DNA of 24,000 bases from contig NZ_CBFFRJ010000026.1 of NCBI RefSeq assembly GCF_965644225.1, positions 21,276 through 45,275 on the forward strand. Reading direction: 5' to 3'. The notes under the pieces were generated by a model. The model worked only from the letters and a program-made list of their open reading frames with translations, searched no databases and was not told the DNA's origin. The stretch's first letter is position 1; the number at the start of each line of letters is the position of its first letter. Shown here in pieces: positions 1-10,654 of this stretch. This DNA comes from Phytobacter sp. V91 (GTDB taxonomy: Bacteria > Pseudomonadota > Gammaproteobacteria > Enterobacterales > Enterobacteriaceae). The position numbers were made by a program, and so were the translations under genes.

Positions 1-1398
1 AGTGAACTGACGCATATCGTCGAGGGTCAGAGAGTGGCTAAATACGGTGTGGTGCGCGCCGCCGGCAAGGATCCAGGCTTCGGATGCGGTTTGCAGATCC
101 GGCTGGGCTTTCCACAGAGCGTTGGCAACCGGCAGTTTCGGCAGCGCGTGCGGCGTTTTAACGGCATCGACGCAGTTGACCAGCAGACGGAAGCGATCGC
201 CAAGATCAATCAGGCTGGCATTAATGACCGGGCCGGTTTTGGTGGAGAAGATCAGACGCGCCGGATCCGCTTTGCCGCCAATGCCGAGATACTGCACGTC
301 GAGGATCGGTTTTTCATCCAGCGCAATGGTCGGGCACACTTCCAGCATATGAGAGCCGAGCGCCAGATCGTTGTTCTCTTCGAAGTGGTAGGTATAGTCT
401 TCCATAAAGGAGGTGCCGCCCTGCAGACCGGTCGACATCACCTTCATGATGCGAAGCAGAGCGGCAGTTTTCCAGTCGCCTTCCCCGGCAAAGCCATAGC
501 CTTGCTGCATCAGGCGTTGAACCGCCAGGCCCGGAAGCTGTTTCAGGCCGTGTAAATCTTCAAAGGTGGTGGTGAACGCATGGAAGCCACCCTGTTCGAG
601 GAAGCGTTTCATCCCCAGTTCAATACGGGCGGCATCAATCACATTCTGCCGTTTGTCGCCGTTTACCTGAGCGGCGGCGGTCAGACGATAGCTGCTCTCA
701 TACTCATCAACCAGCGCACTGATATCACCTTCGCTGATGCTGTTGACCACCTGCACCAGATCGCCCACCGGCCAGGTATTCACTGAGAAGCCGAATTTGA
801 TTTGCGCCGCCACTTTATCGCCGTCGGTCACCGCTACTTCACGCATATTGTCGCCAAAACGGCACACTTTCAGGTGACGGGTATCCTGTTTAGAGACCGC
901 CTGGCGCATCCAGGCGCCAATGCGCTGGTGGGCTTTTTTATCCTGCCAGTGGCCGGTTACCACCCCATGCTGCTGGCGCATACGGGCGCCGATAAAGCCG
1001 AATTCACGGCCGCCGTGGGCAGTCTGATTAAGGTTCATAAAGTCCATATCAATGCTGTCCCATGGCAGGGCGGCGTTGAACTGGGTATGGAACTGCAGCA
1101 ACGGTTTATTGAGGATAGTCAGGCCGTTAATCCACATTTTGGCCGGTGAGAAGGTATGCAGCCACACCACCATACCGGCGCATTTGTCATCGTAGTTGGC
1201 ATCGCGGCAGATGGCGGTAATTTCATCCGGCGAGGTGCCGAGTGGTTTCAGGACCAGCTTACAGGGCAATTTGGCTTCTGCATTCAGGGCGTTCACGACT
1301 TGTTCGCCATGCTGCGTCACCTGACGCAGGGCTTCGGGTCCGTACAGGTGTTGGCTGCCAATCACAAACCAAACTTCATAATTATCAAAAATGGTCAT
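1..1398 (-). CDS. araA: L-arabinose isomerase, 3' end truncated by window edge (first 466 codons present)
   Basis: Absent from the ORF track because it runs off the window. My translation of the reverse complement of 1339-1398 gives [20 protein letters not shown], the AraA N-terminus. The reverse complement of 1-57 gives [19 protein letters not shown] in the same frame, which matches the AraA C-terminal region. Lies 10 nt downstream of the araB stop, as in araBAD. Confidence 0.95.
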   Translation of the reverse strand, partial: MTIFDNYEVWFVIGSQHLYGPEALRQVTQHGEQVVNALNAEAKLPCKLVLKPLGTSPDEITAICRDANYDDKCAGMVVWLHTFSPAKMWINGLTILNKPLLQFHTQFNAALPWDSIDMDFMNLNQTAHGGREFGFIGARMRQQHGVVTGHWQDKKAHQRIGAWMRQAVSKQDTRHLKVCRFGDNMREVAVTDGDKVAAQIKFGFSVNTWPVGDLVQVVNSISEGDISALVDEYESSYRLTAAAQVNGDKRQNVIDAARIELGMKRFLEQGGFHAFTTTFEDLHGLKQLPGLAVQRLMQQGYGFAGEGDWKTAALLRIMKVMSTGLQGGTSFMEDYTYHFEENNDLALGSHMLEVCPTIALDEKPILDVQYLGIGGKADPARLIFSTKTGPVINASLIDLGDRFRLLVNCVDAVKTPHALPKLPVANALWKAQPDLQTASEAWILAGGAHHTVFSHSLTLDDMRQFT

Positions 1399-1408
1399 TA
1401 TTGTGTCC

Positions 1409-3103
1409 TTAGTGTGTGAGCGCTGCCTGGGTTGCCGGCGCGACTACGGGGAGATAGTGAAGCTCGGCGCTTTTCGCCCATTGCTGGTAGCGGCGATAGA
1501 GTTGTTCAAAGCGCTCGGCCTGCGCGGCCACGGGTTGCAGCGTATTTTCGATCTGGCTTGCCATCTGCTGTTGTGCGGCTGGAATGTTGCTGTGCACGCC
1601 TGCAGCGACGGCGGCAAAAATGGCCGCGCCGAGCGCACAGCACTGATCGGAGGCGACGATTTGCAGCGGCCGATTGAGCACATCGCAGCAGGCCTGCATG
1701 ATGACCGGGTTTTTACGGGCGATACCGCCAAGGGCCATCACGTTATCCACGGCGATACCCTGTTCGGTAAAACATTCCATAATGGCGCGTGCGCCAAAGG
1801 CGGTGGCGGCAATCAGCCCGCCAAAAAGGGCTGGCGCGTCGGTGGCGAGGTTGAGATCGGTAATCACCCCTTTCAGGCGCTGGTTGGCGTTCGGGGTACG
1901 GCGGCCGTTAAACCAGTCCAGAACCACCGGCAGATGTTCAAGTGAGGGATTTTTCGCCCAGGCGGCGGTCAGGGCCGGCAGCAGTTGTTTCTGGCTCTCT
2001 TTAATCTGGGTTTTCAGCTCAGGATGCGCCAGCGAAAGCTGCTCCAGCGGCCAGCCAAGAATGCGGCCAAACCAGGCGTAGATATCGCCGAAAGCGGATT
2101 GCCCGGCCTCAAGGCCAATAAAGTCCGGCACCACGCTGCCATCCACCTGCCCGCAGATACCCTTGACCGCGCGGTCGCCTACGCTCGGCTTATCCGCAAT
2201 CAGAATGTCGCAGGTGGAGGTGCCAATCACCTTAACCAGCGTGTTGGGCTGCGCCCCGGCGCCGACGGCCCCCATATGGCAGTCAAATGCGCCGCCGGAA
2301 ATCACCACCGATTCGGACAAGCCCAGGCGCTGCACCCATTCAGACGTTAAGGTGCCGACCGGTAGATCGGCGGTAAAGGTCTCGGTAAAGAGCGGCGTCG
2401 GAAGGTGTTTGTTAAGCAGCGGATCCAGCTCGTCGAAGAAACTGGCTGGAGGCAGACCGCCCCAGCTTTCGTGCCATAAGGATTTGTGCCCGGCGCTGCA
2501 ACGTCCCCGGCGAATGTCCTGCGGGCGGGTGGTGCCGGAAAGCAGGGCCGGTACCCAGTCGCACAGCTCAATCCATGACGCCGCAGCCTGGGCGACGTCC
2601 CGGTCTGCACGGGTCACATGCAGGATTTTCGCCCAGAACCATTCGCTGGAGTAAATGCCGCCGATATAACGGGAGTAGTCGGTCCTGCCGGGTTTGTGGC
2701 ACAGCGCAGTGATGGCTTCTGCTTCTTCCACTGCGGTATGGTCTTTCCACAACACGAACATGGCGTTGGGGTTGTCGGCGAATTCCGGACGTAAAGCAAG
2801 AACGCGTCCTTCGGCATCAATGGGGGCGGGGGTTGAGCCCGTGCTGTCAACGCCAATCCCTTTCACGCTCTGACGCTGGGCGTCGGTAAGCTCCGCCAGG
2901 ACGGTTTTGACCGCCGCTTCCATCGACTCAATATAGTCCCGGGGATGGTGACGGAACCGGTTGTGCGCCGCGTCGCAATAGCGTCCTTCCTGCCAGCGGG
3001 GATACCACTCGACGCTTTCGGCGAGCTCTTCGCCAGAGGCACAGTCTACTGCCAGTGCTCGTACTGAATCGCTGCCGAAATCGAGGCCAATTGTAATTGC
3101 CAT
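1409..3103 (-). CDS. araB: Ribulokinase
   Basis: 564-aa ORF starting [21 protein letters not shown], near-collinear with E. coli AraB as I recall it. GGAG RBS upstream. Position between araA and the araC-divergent control region. Confidence 0.97.
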   Translation of the reverse strand: MAITIGLDFGSDSVRALAVDCASGEELAESVEWYPRWQEGRYCDAAHNRFRHHPRDYIESMEAAVKTVLAELTDAQRQSVKGIGVDSTGSTPAPIDAEGRVLALRPEFADNPNAMFVLWKDHTAVEEAEAITALCHKPGRTDYSRYIGGIYSSEWFWAKILHVTRADRDVAQAAASWIELCDWVPALLSGTTRPQDIRRGRCSAGHKSLWHESWGGLPPASFFDELDPLLNKHLPTPLFTETFTADLPVGTLTSEWVQRLGLSESVVISGGAFDCHMGAVGAGAQPNTLVKVIGTSTCDILIADKPSVGDRAVKGICGQVDGSVVPDFIGLEAGQSAFGDIYAWFGRILGWPLEQLSLAHPELKTQIKESQKQLLPALTAAWAKNPSLEHLPVVLDWFNGRRTPNANQRLKGVITDLNLATDAPALFGGLIAATAFGARAIMECFTEQGIAVDNVMALGGIARKNPVIMQACCDVLNRPLQIVASDQCCALGAAIFAAVAAGVHSNIPAAQQQMASQIENTLQPVAAQAERFEQLYRRYQQWAKSAELHYLPVVAPATQAALTH

Positions 3104-3162
3104 CCTGTTGCTCCATGAAGAATAACCTTATGGAGAAACATAGAGATCGACTGAAAAAAGCG

Positions 3163-3200
3163 TCAGGCAGTATTCGCTAATCTTATGGACAATAATGCTA
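3163..3200 (-). promoter_or_regulatory. araI (I2 3163-3179, I1 3184-3200), AraC activator half-sites of PBAD
   Basis: The reverse complement reads tagcattattgtccata..tagcgaatactgcctga, close to E. coli araI1 TAGCATTTTTATCCATA and araI2 TAGCGGATCCTACCTGA (recalled from memory). Correct position upstream of araB. Confidence 0.8.
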
Positions 3201-3210
3201 TGTAAGTGCA

Positions 3211-3232
3211 AAGTGTGACGCCGTGCAAAAAT
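3211..3232. promoter_or_regulatory. CRP site of the araBAD/araC divergent control region
   Basis: aagTGTGAcgccgtGCAAAaat is almost identical to the E. coli ara CRP site AAGTGTGACGCCGTGCAAATAAT. Lies between araI and araO1. Confidence 0.75.
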
Positions 3233-3236
3233 TCGA

Positions 3237-3275
3237 TGTGGACATTTCTGCCACCTTTATAGACACTTTGGTTGA
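3237..3275. promoter_or_regulatory. araO1 (two AraC half-sites overlapping the araC promoter)
   Basis: tgtggacatttctgcca and atagacactttggttga resemble the E. coli araO1 half-sites tgtggacttttctgccg and atagacacttttgttac (from memory). Confidence 0.65.
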
Positions 3276-3394
3276 CCCTTTTGATCCCTTTCAGTTGAGT
3301 AAAAGTGGCATAAATTCTTTTATCTGGCGGGGTTGAAAGTGACGGCGATTTCTTTGTGCCCGGTCAAAATGCGTGCAGAATGAAACGCGTATCA

Positions 3395-3411
3395 ATATGG
3401 ACAATTGGTTT
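3395..3411. promoter_or_regulatory. araO2 distal AraC half-site (DNA-looping operator) in the araC leader
   Basis: The reverse complement aaaccaattgtccatat matches the E. coli araO2 core AAACCAATTGTCCATAT. Lies about 200 bp from araI, as expected for the repression loop. Confidence 0.7.
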
Positions 3412-3439
3412 CCTGAATGACAATCGGAGTATTGCGTTT

Positions 3440-4285
3440 ATGGCTGAGTCTCAAAACGATCCGCTGCTGCCGGGTTACTCGTTTAATGCGCACCTTGTGG
3501 CGGGATTGACGCCCATTGAGTCGGAAGGTTATCTCGATTTTTTTATCGACAGACCTCTCGGCATGAAGGGCTATATTCTGAACTTTACTGTGCGCGGCGA
3601 AGGGGTTGTCGATAATAACGGCAAGCAATACGTCTGTCGTCCAGGGGATATGCTGTTGTTTCCGCCGGGGGAAATTCACCACTATGGCCGCCATCCTGAT
3701 GCCAGCGAGTGGTATCACCAGTGGGTCTATTTTCGTCCCCGGGCGTACTGGCATGAGTGGTTAAGCTGGCCAACGATTTTCGCCCAGACCGGATTTTATC
3801 GTCCTGACGATCGGCATCTGGCGCAGTTTAGCGAACTGTTCGGGCAAATTATTGATGCCGGACAGAGCGGCGGGCGTTATGCCGAACTGCTGGCAATCAA
3901 CCTGCTGGAGCAGTTGCTGCTAAGGCGGATGGACGCCATCAATGAGTCTTTGCATCCTCCGCTGGATAACCGTGTACGCGATGCCTGTCAGTACATCAGC
4001 GATCATCTGGCGGACAGCCATTTTGATATTGCGGGAGTAGCGCAACATGTCTGCCTGTCACCGTCGCGCCTGTCACACCTGTTTCGCCAGCAACTGGGGG
4101 TCAGTGTTCTGAGCTGGCGCGAGGACCAGCGTATCAGCCAGGCCAAGCTGCTGCTGAGCACCACCCGGATGCCCATTGCCAGCGTCGGACGCAACGTCGG
4201 GTTTGAGGATCAGCTCTACTTCTCGCGGGTATTTAAAAAATGCACCGGCGCCAGCCCCAGTGAATTTCGTGCAGGATGTGAATAA
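3440..4285 (+). CDS. araC: AraC arabinose-responsive transcriptional regulator (281 aa)
   Basis: The ORF-track entry 3356-4285 carries a 28-codon extension. Homology begins at [27 protein letters not shown] (ATG at 3440). The C-terminal AraC/XylS HTH region ([19 protein letters not shown]...[18 protein letters not shown]) is present. The extension would run through araO2. Confidence 0.95.
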   Translation: MAESQNDPLLPGYSFNAHLVAGLTPIESEGYLDFFIDRPLGMKGYILNFTVRGEGVVDNNGKQYVCRPGDMLLFPPGEIHHYGRHPDASEWYHQWVYFRPRAYWHEWLSWPTIFAQTGFYRPDDRHLAQFSELFGQIIDAGQSGGRYAELLAINLLEQLLLRRMDAINESLHPPLDNRVRDACQYISDHLADSHFDIAGVAQHVCLSPSRLSHLFRQQLGVSVLSWREDQRISQAKLLLSTTRMPIASVGRNVGFEDQLYFSRVFKKCTGASPSEFRAGCE

Positions 4286-4412
4286 AGGGTAAAGAAGCGC
4301 AAGGAATTTCGCGAGGGGATCGCGGGATCGCTAAACTATTCGGATAATTTAAGATTGACCCTGGCGCTCCGTCCCCGGAGAATTCCGCCATCGTTACTCA
4401 ACCGGATAGTTT

Positions 4413-5177
4413 ATGCAAGCATTGCTGGAACATTTTATTACACAATCAGCCACTTACTCGCTGATTGCGATTGCGCTGGTCGCCTTTTTCGAATCCCTTG
4501 CGCTGGTGGGATTAATTTTGCCTGGCACGGTAATGATGGCCGCCCTCGGCGCGCTGATTGGCAGTGGCGAGGTGAATTTCTGGCATGCCTGGCTTGCGGG
4601 GATCGTCGGATGTCTTTTGGGGGACTGGATCTCCTTCTGGCTCGGCTGGCGTTTTAAGCAGCCGCTGCACCGGTTGTCGCTTCTGCAAAAGAACAAAGCC
4701 TTGCTGGATAAAACCGAACATGCGCTGCATCAACACAGCATGTTTACCATTCTGGTCGGGCGCTTTGTTGGCCCGACGCGACCATTGATCCCGATGGTGG
4801 CGGGCATGCTTGATCTGCCGGTGGCGAAATTTGTCACGCCGAATATCATTGGCTGCTTGTTATGGCCGCCGTTTTATTTCCTGCCGGGGATCCTGGCGGG
4901 GGCGGCGATAGATATTCCGGCGGGTGAACAAAGCGGCGGATTTAAATGGCTGTTGGTACTGGCCGCGGTATTGCTCTGGCTGGCATGCTGGATGTGCTGG
5001 CGGCTGTGGCGCAGCAAGAAAGCTGGGCTTGATAAGCTCTCCACATACCTGCCGCGCCGTCGCCTGTTCTGGCTGGCGCCTTTGTTGATTTGCGCCGCAG
5101 TTATCGCGGTAACGGTGCTGGTACGCCATCCGCTGATGCCAGTCTACTTTGAGATACTCACCAAAGTCGTTATGTGA
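4413..5177 (+). CDS. yabI: DedA/SNARE-associated family inner membrane protein
   Basis: 254-aa hydrophobic ORF starting [12 protein letters not shown], collinear with E. coli YabI as recalled. Conserved position between araC and thiQ. Confidence 0.9.
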   Translation: MQALLEHFITQSATYSLIAIALVAFFESLALVGLILPGTVMMAALGALIGSGEVNFWHAWLAGIVGCLLGDWISFWLGWRFKQPLHRLSLLQKNKALLDKTEHALHQHSMFTILVGRFVGPTRPLIPMVAGMLDLPVAKFVTPNIIGCLLWPPFYFLPGILAGAAIDIPAGEQSGGFKWLLVLAAVLLWLACWMCWRLWRSKKAGLDKLSTYLPRRRLFWLAPLLICAAVIAVTVLVRHPLMPVYFEILTKVVM

Positions 5178-5865
5178 TCCCCAGCAGGGCAGAAACCGGG
5201 GCTTTGCCGCTCAGCAGGTCATCGGTTTTTCCGTCCCAGGCAATGCGCCCGTCGGCAATCACCAGTGAGCGGGGGGCGATCCTTGCCGCATCTTCGACAC
5301 TATGCGACACCATCAGCAGCGTGAGTTGCTGGCGGCGGCACACGTCCTGAACCAGGGTCAGCATCTCCTGGCGTAACGCCGGATCGAGAGCCGAGAACGG
5401 CTCATCCAGCAGCAGCACCGGCTGCTCGCGCACCAGGCAACGGGCCAGGGCGACGCGCTGGCGTTGACCGCCTGAAAGCGCAGCAGGCAGACGATCCAAT
5501 AGCGTTTCCAGCCCCATGGTGGCGGCGATGGTGTCCAGCTTACTGCTCTGGGCGCTGGACAGTTTCAGGCCTGGATCCAGCCCCAGGCCGATATTCTGCC
5601 GGACCGTCAGATGGGCGAAGAGGTTGTTTTCCTGAAACAGCATCGACACCGGCCGCTTTGCGGGTGCGGTATGGGTGTGCTCGCTATTTTCAATCATCAG
5701 GGTGCCGCTTGCTGGCGTCAGAAAGCCGGCCACCAGATTCAGCAGGGTGCTTTTCCCGGCGCCGCTTGGCCCAAGGACCGCCACCAGCTCCCCCTGTTTT
5801 ACTGACAGGGTGAAGCGCATGGGTAAATGCTGGTACAGCCAGGTTACATCAATCAGTCTTAGCAT
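5170..5865 (-). CDS. thiQ: Thiamine ABC transporter ATP-binding protein
   Basis: 231 aa with Walker [13 protein letters not shown] signature LSGGQRQR and Walker B LLLDEP. Collinear with E. coli ThiQ. Overlaps the thiP stop by 17 nt. Confidence 0.95.
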   Translation of the reverse strand: MLRLIDVTWLYQHLPMRFTLSVKQGELVAVLGPSGAGKSTLLNLVAGFLTPASGTLMIENSEHTHTAPAKRPVSMLFQENNLFAHLTVRQNIGLGLDPGLKLSSAQSSKLDTIAATMGLETLLDRLPAALSGGQRQRVALARCLVREQPVLLLDEPFSALDPALRQEMLTLVQDVCRRQQLTLLMVSHSVEDAARIAPRSLVIADGRIAWDGKTDDLLSGKAPVSALLGIT

Positions 5866-7459
5866 GGCGGCCCGGAAGTTTTTCGATAAGAGTGAACAGT
5901 GAGAAACACAGCACCAGCAGAATAAGCGCGGTCACCGCCCCATCCTGGGTGCGATAAGAGCCTATCTGCTGATAAAGATAGAAGGGAAGCGTGCGAAAGT
6001 CGTCATTACCAAACAGCGCAACGACGCCAAAATCACCGATCGAAAGCACGCAGGCAAAGGCCAGCGCCTGGGCCAGCGGCCCTCTTAGCGCCCGCAGCTC
6101 CACGACCCGCAGGCGACTAAAGCCAGACATTCCCAGCGACTGACAGAGCAGGCTGTATCGCGCCGTCAGATCGCGCATGGGTGTTTCCAGCACTTTTAAG
6201 GCGTAGGGGATCGCCATCAGAGCATTGGTGAAGATAACAATGCCATCGGCGCTGGCGGGCAAACCAATACTGTCATTGAGCAGCAGGAAAAAACCGGTAG
6301 CCAGCACAATTCCAGGCATCGCCAGAATCAGCATTCCGCTCATCTCCAGCGCCTGCCCGGCAAGGGTATATTGGCGGATACGCAGTTCGCGACTGCTCCA
6401 CAGCAACATCATGGTGAGGATGACGCACAGCAGGCCTGCCGAGAGCGCAATGCGCAGCGACGTCCACAGCGCCTGCCAGAGCACTGGCTGGGCAAGGACA
6501 TGCAGCAGACTAAGATTCAACCCATCGAGGATCACCGCCAGCAGCGGCGGTAAAAGCAGCATCAGCGCCAGGGTAATCAATGTGTAATCACAGATGCGGC
6601 TGAACGTTCTGTCCTGCGGATCGCGCCAGCCCTGAATCTGATGACTGCCGACGGCAAAGGCTTTACTTAACCGTTGGCTGAGCAGCACCAGGCCGAGACA
6701 GCAGAGCATTTGAATCAGCGCCAGCAATGCTGCTCTGCCTGGGTCGAAGTCGTAACTAAGCGCCTGGTAAATCGCCAGCTCAATGGTGGTGGCCTGCGGC
6801 CCGCCGCCCAGCGACAGTACGGTGGCAAAGCTGGCGAAACAGAGCATAAAAATCAGGGCCGCAATGGGTGGGATCTGTCGCCGCAGCCATGGCCATTCGA
6901 CGTAACGGAAGAATGACCAGCCGCGCATGCCTAACTGGGCCGCCAGCTGGCGCTGCTCACCGGGGATCTGTTCCAGCGTCTGGAGCAGTAAGCGTGAGGC
7001 CATGGGAAGGTTAAAGAAGACGTGCGCCAGCAGAATGCCCTGTAACCCGTAGGGCGAGAAGGTCCACTCCAGACCTATCGCAGACGATGCCGAGGCCAGC
7101 CAGCCCTGGCGGCCATAGACACTGAGGATACCGAAAACGGCGACCAGCACCGGGAGGATCAGCGTCATGGCGCATAAGCGCAGTAGAGCGAGGCGCCCGG
7201 GGAAACGTCGACGGTACAAGGCGCGGGCGAGAAATATCGCCGGAACGACGGAGAGCAAAGCGGAAAGAAAAGCCTGCCAGAAAGAAAAACGCACCACATA
7301 CCACAGATAGCTGTCCTGAGTCAGGGCCAGAAGATCGGTGGCAGGCGCATGTTTCTGGAGGGCAAAAAACGCGGCTAAGGCCACCGCCACCATGAGGGTG
7401 GCGGCGATCAAACCGGGAGCAAGCCAGCCGGCAATTAACGGCTGACGGCGCGTTGCCAT
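5849..7459 (-). CDS. thiP: Thiamine ABC transporter permease (duplicated permease domains)
   Basis: 536-aa polytopic ORF starting MATRRQPLI, collinear with E. coli ThiP. Translationally coupled to thiB and thiQ by overlaps. Confidence 0.95.
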   Translation of the reverse strand: MATRRQPLIAGWLAPGLIAATLMVAVALAAFFALQKHAPATDLLALTQDSYLWYVVRFSFWQAFLSALLSVVPAIFLARALYRRRFPGRLALLRLCAMTLILPVLVAVFGILSVYGRQGWLASASSAIGLEWTFSPYGLQGILLAHVFFNLPMASRLLLQTLEQIPGEQRQLAAQLGMRGWSFFRYVEWPWLRRQIPPIAALIFMLCFASFATVLSLGGGPQATTIELAIYQALSYDFDPGRAALLALIQMLCCLGLVLLSQRLSKAFAVGSHQIQGWRDPQDRTFSRICDYTLITLALMLLLPPLLAVILDGLNLSLLHVLAQPVLWQALWTSLRIALSAGLLCVILTMMLLWSSRELRIRQYTLAGQALEMSGMLILAMPGIVLATGFFLLLNDSIGLPASADGIVIFTNALMAIPYALKVLETPMRDLTARYSLLCQSLGMSGFSRLRVVELRALRGPLAQALAFACVLSIGDFGVVALFGNDDFRTLPFYLYQQIGSYRTQDGAVTALILLVLCFSLFTLIEKLPGRHAKTD

Positions 7460-8418
7460 GCACTGATCCAGTCGGCGCGTTGGGAGGAAACCTGCTGTGG
7501 GGTGTATTCCAGAGAGGTCTGCGGTTTTACCAGGCTGTTAAAGCCGTCCGGCAGCGTCACGCTGGTTACCGGATACATCCAGTTACCGGTCGGGATCGCA
7601 TTCTGGAATGCAGGAGAAATCATAAAGTTGAGGAATTTTTCCGCCAGTTCAGGTTGTTTACTTGCTGCGGTGCGGGCTGCGACCTCAACCTGTAAATAGT
7701 GACCTTCGCTGAAGTTAGCCGCCGCATACTGCTCTTTTTTCTCTTCGATAATGTGGTACGCCGGAGAGGTGGTGTAGCTCAGCACCAGATCGCCTTCACC
7801 TTTGAGGAACAGACCGTAAGCCTCGCTCCACCCTTTGGTGACTGTGACGGTTTTGGCCGCCAGCTTTTTCCAGGCTTCCGGGGATTTGTCGCCATAGACT
7901 TTTTGCATCCACAGCAGCAGGCCGAGACCCGGCGTGCTGGTGCGGGGATCTTCATAAATCACCCGCCATTTCTGTTCGCTTTCGACCAGCTCTTTCAGGC
8001 TTTTCGGCGGGTTTTGCAGTTTGGTTTTGTCGTAGACAAAGGCGAACCAGCCGTAATCGAAGGGGACGAAGGTGTCGTTTTTCCAGCCGCCCGGAACGCT
8101 GAGAGCATCGACGGCCACACCGCTTTTAGCAAACAGGTTGGTCTGTGATGCGGCTTCAAGCAGGTTGTTATCCAGCCCCAGCACCACGTCAGCTTTGCTG
8201 TTTTTGCCTTCCATACGCAGACGATTGAGCAGGGATACGCCATCTTCCAGCGCCACGAATTTCAGCTCGCAATTGCAGTCAGCTTCGAAGGCTTTTTTTA
8301 CCACCGGACCCGGACCCCAGTCGGCAGCAAAGGAGTCGTAGGTATAAACGGTGAGCGTCGGTTTGGCAAAAACAGGGGCTGCGACGAGCAGCATGACGGG
8401 CAGAACTTTTTTAAGCAC
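7435..8418 (-). CDS. thiB: Periplasmic thiamine/TPP-binding protein (327 aa, GTG start)
   Basis: The ORF track begins at 8469, but homology to TbpA starts at (V)LKKVLPVMLLVAAPVFAKPTLTVYTYDSF, with a signal peptide ending VFA-KP. The GTG at 8416-8418 is preceded by GAGG with 6-nt spacing. The longer form would run into the riboswitch. Confidence 0.9.
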   Translation of the reverse strand: MLKKVLPVMLLVAAPVFAKPTLTVYTYDSFAADWGPGPVVKKAFEADCNCELKFVALEDGVSLLNRLRMEGKNSKADVVLGLDNNLLEAASQTNLFAKSGVAVDALSVPGGWKNDTFVPFDYGWFAFVYDKTKLQNPPKSLKELVESEQKWRVIYEDPRTSTPGLGLLLWMQKVYGDKSPEAWKKLAAKTVTVTKGWSEAYGLFLKGEGDLVLSYTTSPAYHIIEEKKEQYAAANFSEGHYLQVEVAARTAASKQPELAEKFLNFMISPAFQNAIPTGNWMYPVTSVTLPDGFNSLVKPQTSLEYTPQQVSSQRADWISAWQRAVSR

Positions 8419-8541
8419 TTTGCACCTCAAAAAATGTAGGTGGCAAAGGATTTTGAGCGAGAGCCTCAAATCCCTTCGCCGGCGTTATCCGGATCAGGTT
8501 CGACGGGTATTTTCTCAGCACACGCTTACGCGCAGCACCCC
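8419..8541 (-). promoter_or_regulatory. TPP (THI-box) riboswitch leader of thiBPQ (aptamer about 8471-8541, expression platform down to the SD)
   Basis: The reverse complement reads ggggtgctgcgcgtaagcgtgtgCTGAGAaaatacccgtcgaACCTGATCCGGATAACGCCGGCGaaggga. It contains the conserved CUGAGA and ACCUGAUC-GGAUAAUGCC-GCG THI-box elements. A downstream cacctac segment could pair with the gaggtg SD. Confidence 0.85.
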
Positions 8542-8556
8542 GTTGAGCACCGCAAC

Positions 8557-8584
8557 ATTGTAATGATTTTGTACGTTTTCACAA
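8557..8584 (-). promoter_or_regulatory. Putative sigma70 promoter of the thiBPQ leader
   Basis: On the minus strand: TTGTGA (8579-8584), a 16-nt spacer, then TACAAT (8557-8562), about 15 nt upstream of the aptamer. Sequence pattern only. Confidence 0.5.
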
Positions 8585-8588
8585 AGCG

Positions 8589-10244
8589 TTATGGATCCGG
8601 CGGGGCAAACCATGCGGATTTAAAGTCAAACCAGCCGAGCGTGTTCATCCGTAGCCCACGCATGCTTCGCTGGCCCTGGATTATCAGCCAGTGATGGATA
8701 AGCGGCATCATCGCTTTACTCGCCAGCAGTTGCTGGCACCAGGTCGCAAGATTCATTTCGCCAGCCCGCCAGCGAGCGGCATCGGCCTGCCAGTCGAGCG
8801 GTACGCAGTGCTGAATCAGCGGCACTTCATAGAGGTGCGCGAAGAGTGAAAAATCGAGCGGCAGCGTAAAGTTTGCGCTGTTAAGCCAGATATCACTGAC
8901 CATTTCTCCGGCGTGCCACTGCGCGTACTCGACCTCCTGAATATCAAGGCGTACGCCATGGCTGGCGAGCAGCGCGCTCATAATACTGGCAATGGCCCGG
9001 TGTTCGTTATGGTCGCGGTAAAAAGTCAGGGTCAGCGACTCCAGCCCGGCGGGTTTTTCACCGTTGGCAGGGCGTGCATGATGCCAGCGTGGCAGCAGGC
9101 CGTAGGCAGGGAACCAGTAGCGTTGATAGTGAACGTCGGCGTGGTACAGCAGATTGCTCGGAGACAGCACCTGACTTATCCAGTCGCGTACAGCCTGGTT
9201 GGCGCCGCGCTTTGAGCGGGCATCGAAAAGCAGGTAATAGCAGCCTTCCTCAAGACGACTTTCAACCGCTTTTTCACTGTCGGTGGGGCCGTCAATCGTC
9301 AGGCCGCCATTAGGTTCATCGCCTATTTCGGGTAATACCCAGACGTTAACTTCATCAATCAGGGCGCGAAAACCAAAGTAGTCGTCAAAAGCGTGAATTT
9401 TAAGCTGGTTGTTATTGTTACGCGTTACTGCGTAGGGACCGGTGCCGACCGGATGGCTGGAGAAATGGGGCATCGTGCTCCATTCCTGCGGCAGGATCAT
9501 TGCCGGAATATGGCCTACCAGCCAGGGCAGCCAGTTATCCGCTTGATTCAGATGGATATCCAGTGTCCAGGGCGTCGGAGAGAGCACCTGGGTGATATGT
9601 GAGTAGAGCGGCAGCTCGCTTACTCGCTGGAGAGAGGCGATAACATCGCTCATTTCCAGCTCGCGACCATGATGAAAATGAATGCCGGGGCGCAAATAAA
9701 AACGCCAGTGCAAGGGGGTAATTTGCTTCCAGTGGTGGGCAATATCCGCTTCCAGTTCCCCATTTGCCTCATTTATACGGGTCAGGGCGTTGAAGATTTG
9801 CCGGGCCATATGGGTTTCCGAGCGGCGCAGGGCGGTACCGGGCAGTAAATTGCGTAGCGGCCGGTAGTAGAGCACCCGCAGGATATGTCGCCCCTGACGA
9901 AAACTGCGGCCAAGGTGGGACACCAGCATCTGGCGGACGGCGCTCTTATCGCCGACCAGTTGCACCAGTTGATCAATACGATCCTGCTCCAGCAGGTCTT
10001 CTGCGCGCTGCTGCTGGAGCGCCAGTCCGGTATAGAGGAAGGTCAGCCGCGAACGCTTGCCACGCCCGGCTTCCGCATCCCAGGTCAACCACCCGCGAGC
10101 CTGCATGGTATTGAGCAGGGTACGCATATGACGGCGCGAACAGCTCAGTAACTCTGCCAGCTCATTGAGCGTGGTTTCCTGTGATTTTCCGTCACAGCAT
10201 TGCCACAGGCGGATGAACTGTTGTTGCAGGCGGCCAGAAGACAT
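8589..10244 (-). CDS. sgrR: SgrR, transcriptional activator of sgrS (N-terminal wHTH plus solute-binding-protein-like domain)
   Basis: 551-aa ORF starting [17 protein letters not shown] and ending [14 protein letters not shown], collinear with E. coli SgrR. Divergent from sgrS. Confidence 0.95.
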   Translation of the reverse strand: MSSGRLQQQFIRLWQCCDGKSQETTLNELAELLSCSRRHMRTLLNTMQARGWLTWDAEAGRGKRSRLTFLYTGLALQQQRAEDLLEQDRIDQLVQLVGDKSAVRQMLVSHLGRSFRQGRHILRVLYYRPLRNLLPGTALRRSETHMARQIFNALTRINEANGELEADIAHHWKQITPLHWRFYLRPGIHFHHGRELEMSDVIASLQRVSELPLYSHITQVLSPTPWTLDIHLNQADNWLPWLVGHIPAMILPQEWSTMPHFSSHPVGTGPYAVTRNNNNQLKIHAFDDYFGFRALIDEVNVWVLPEIGDEPNGGLTIDGPTDSEKAVESRLEEGCYYLLFDARSKRGANQAVRDWISQVLSPSNLLYHADVHYQRYWFPAYGLLPRWHHARPANGEKPAGLESLTLTFYRDHNEHRAIASIMSALLASHGVRLDIQEVEYAQWHAGEMVSDIWLNSANFTLPLDFSLFAHLYEVPLIQHCVPLDWQADAARWRAGEMNLATWCQQLLASKAMMPLIHHWLIIQGQRSMRGLRMNTLGWFDFKSAWFAPPDP

Positions 10245-10332
10245 AAAAGGGGAACTCCTGAGGAAAAGTCATCAATTTATTAATCCCTATATTAAGCCAA
10301 TAATTCTCTTCGATGAAAGCGAGGAGGGGAGT

Positions 10333-10485
10333 ATGAAGAGATCATTTACCCGGCAATTTTACTTAGCGTATTTTCGCGCGTCGCAGAGAGCATCCTGGCT
10401 TCAATGCCCGAATGCTGAACAGCGACTGAGAATGCTCGAAGAATTAATGCAGTGGAATGTGACATCCCCGGTCTCTAAACCCTAA
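10333..10485 (+). CDS. sgrT: SgrT small protein (50 aa) encoded within SgrS
   Basis: MKRSFTRQFYLAYFRASQRASWLQCPNAEQRLRMLEELMQWNVTSPVSKP resembles E. coli SgrT (MRQFYQHYF...CWLRWLSVPQRLTMLEGLMQW...). GAGGAGGGGAGT precedes the ATG. The track ORF 10165-10485 is a 5'-extended version. Confidence 0.75.
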   Translation: MKRSFTRQFYLAYFRASQRASWLQCPNAEQRLRMLEELMQWNVTSPVSKP

Positions 10486-10487
10486 AT

Positions 10488-10607
10488 AATTCGGGTTGCA
10501 TCGCGACGGCAAGCGAAGTCATCCCCATGAGCATAGACAACTATGCGACTGGGGTGGGTGAGCGAAGCCAACAAAGAGGCAACGTGAAGTATGACGGGTT
10601 TAAACCC
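10488..10607. repeat. ERIC/IRU (enterobacterial repetitive intergenic consensus) element
   Basis: Contains tcatccccatgagcatagacaactatgcgactggggtgggtgagcgaagccaac...gcaacgtgaagtatgacggg, matching the ERIC core (GTGAATCCCCAGGAGCTTACAT / AAGTAAGTGACTGGGGTGAGCG ... CTTGAAGTATGACGGG). It is an imperfect long palindrome. Boundaries are accurate to about 5 nt. Confidence 0.8.
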
Positions 10608-10654
10608 TGAATTGCAGCCATCATGTGTGACTGAGTATTGGTGCGAATCACCAC

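Noticed and set aside
34-3116. Numerous plus-strand and off-frame ORFs (for example 34-555, 802-1149, 1391-1945, 2163-2654) across the araA/araB region
   Set aside because: They lie antisense to or out of frame with clearly homologous AraA and AraB reading frames. They have low-complexity Arg/Ala/Gly-rich translations typical of shadow ORFs in GC-rich genes.
3356-3439. 28-codon N-terminal extension of the araC ORF ([28 protein letters not shown])
   Set aside because: AraC homology starts at MAESQND (3440). The extension overlaps the araO2 operator and the araC leader.
8419-8469. 17-codon N-terminal extension of the thiB ORF (MRLSLKILCHLHFLRCK)
   Set aside because: It falls inside the TPP riboswitch expression platform. 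TbpA homology and the signal peptide begin at the GTG at 8418, which has a proper RBS.
10165-10332. Upstream part of the 106-aa ORF that contains sgrT
   Set aside because: It starts inside the sgrR coding region on the opposite strand and crosses the sgrR/sgrS promoter region. Only the last 50 codons resemble SgrT and have an RBS.
10596-10607. Perfect palindrome GGGTTTAAACCC
   Set aside because: It is short and lies at the edge of the ERIC element. It is most simply part of the repeat terminus or insertion junction rather than an independent site.
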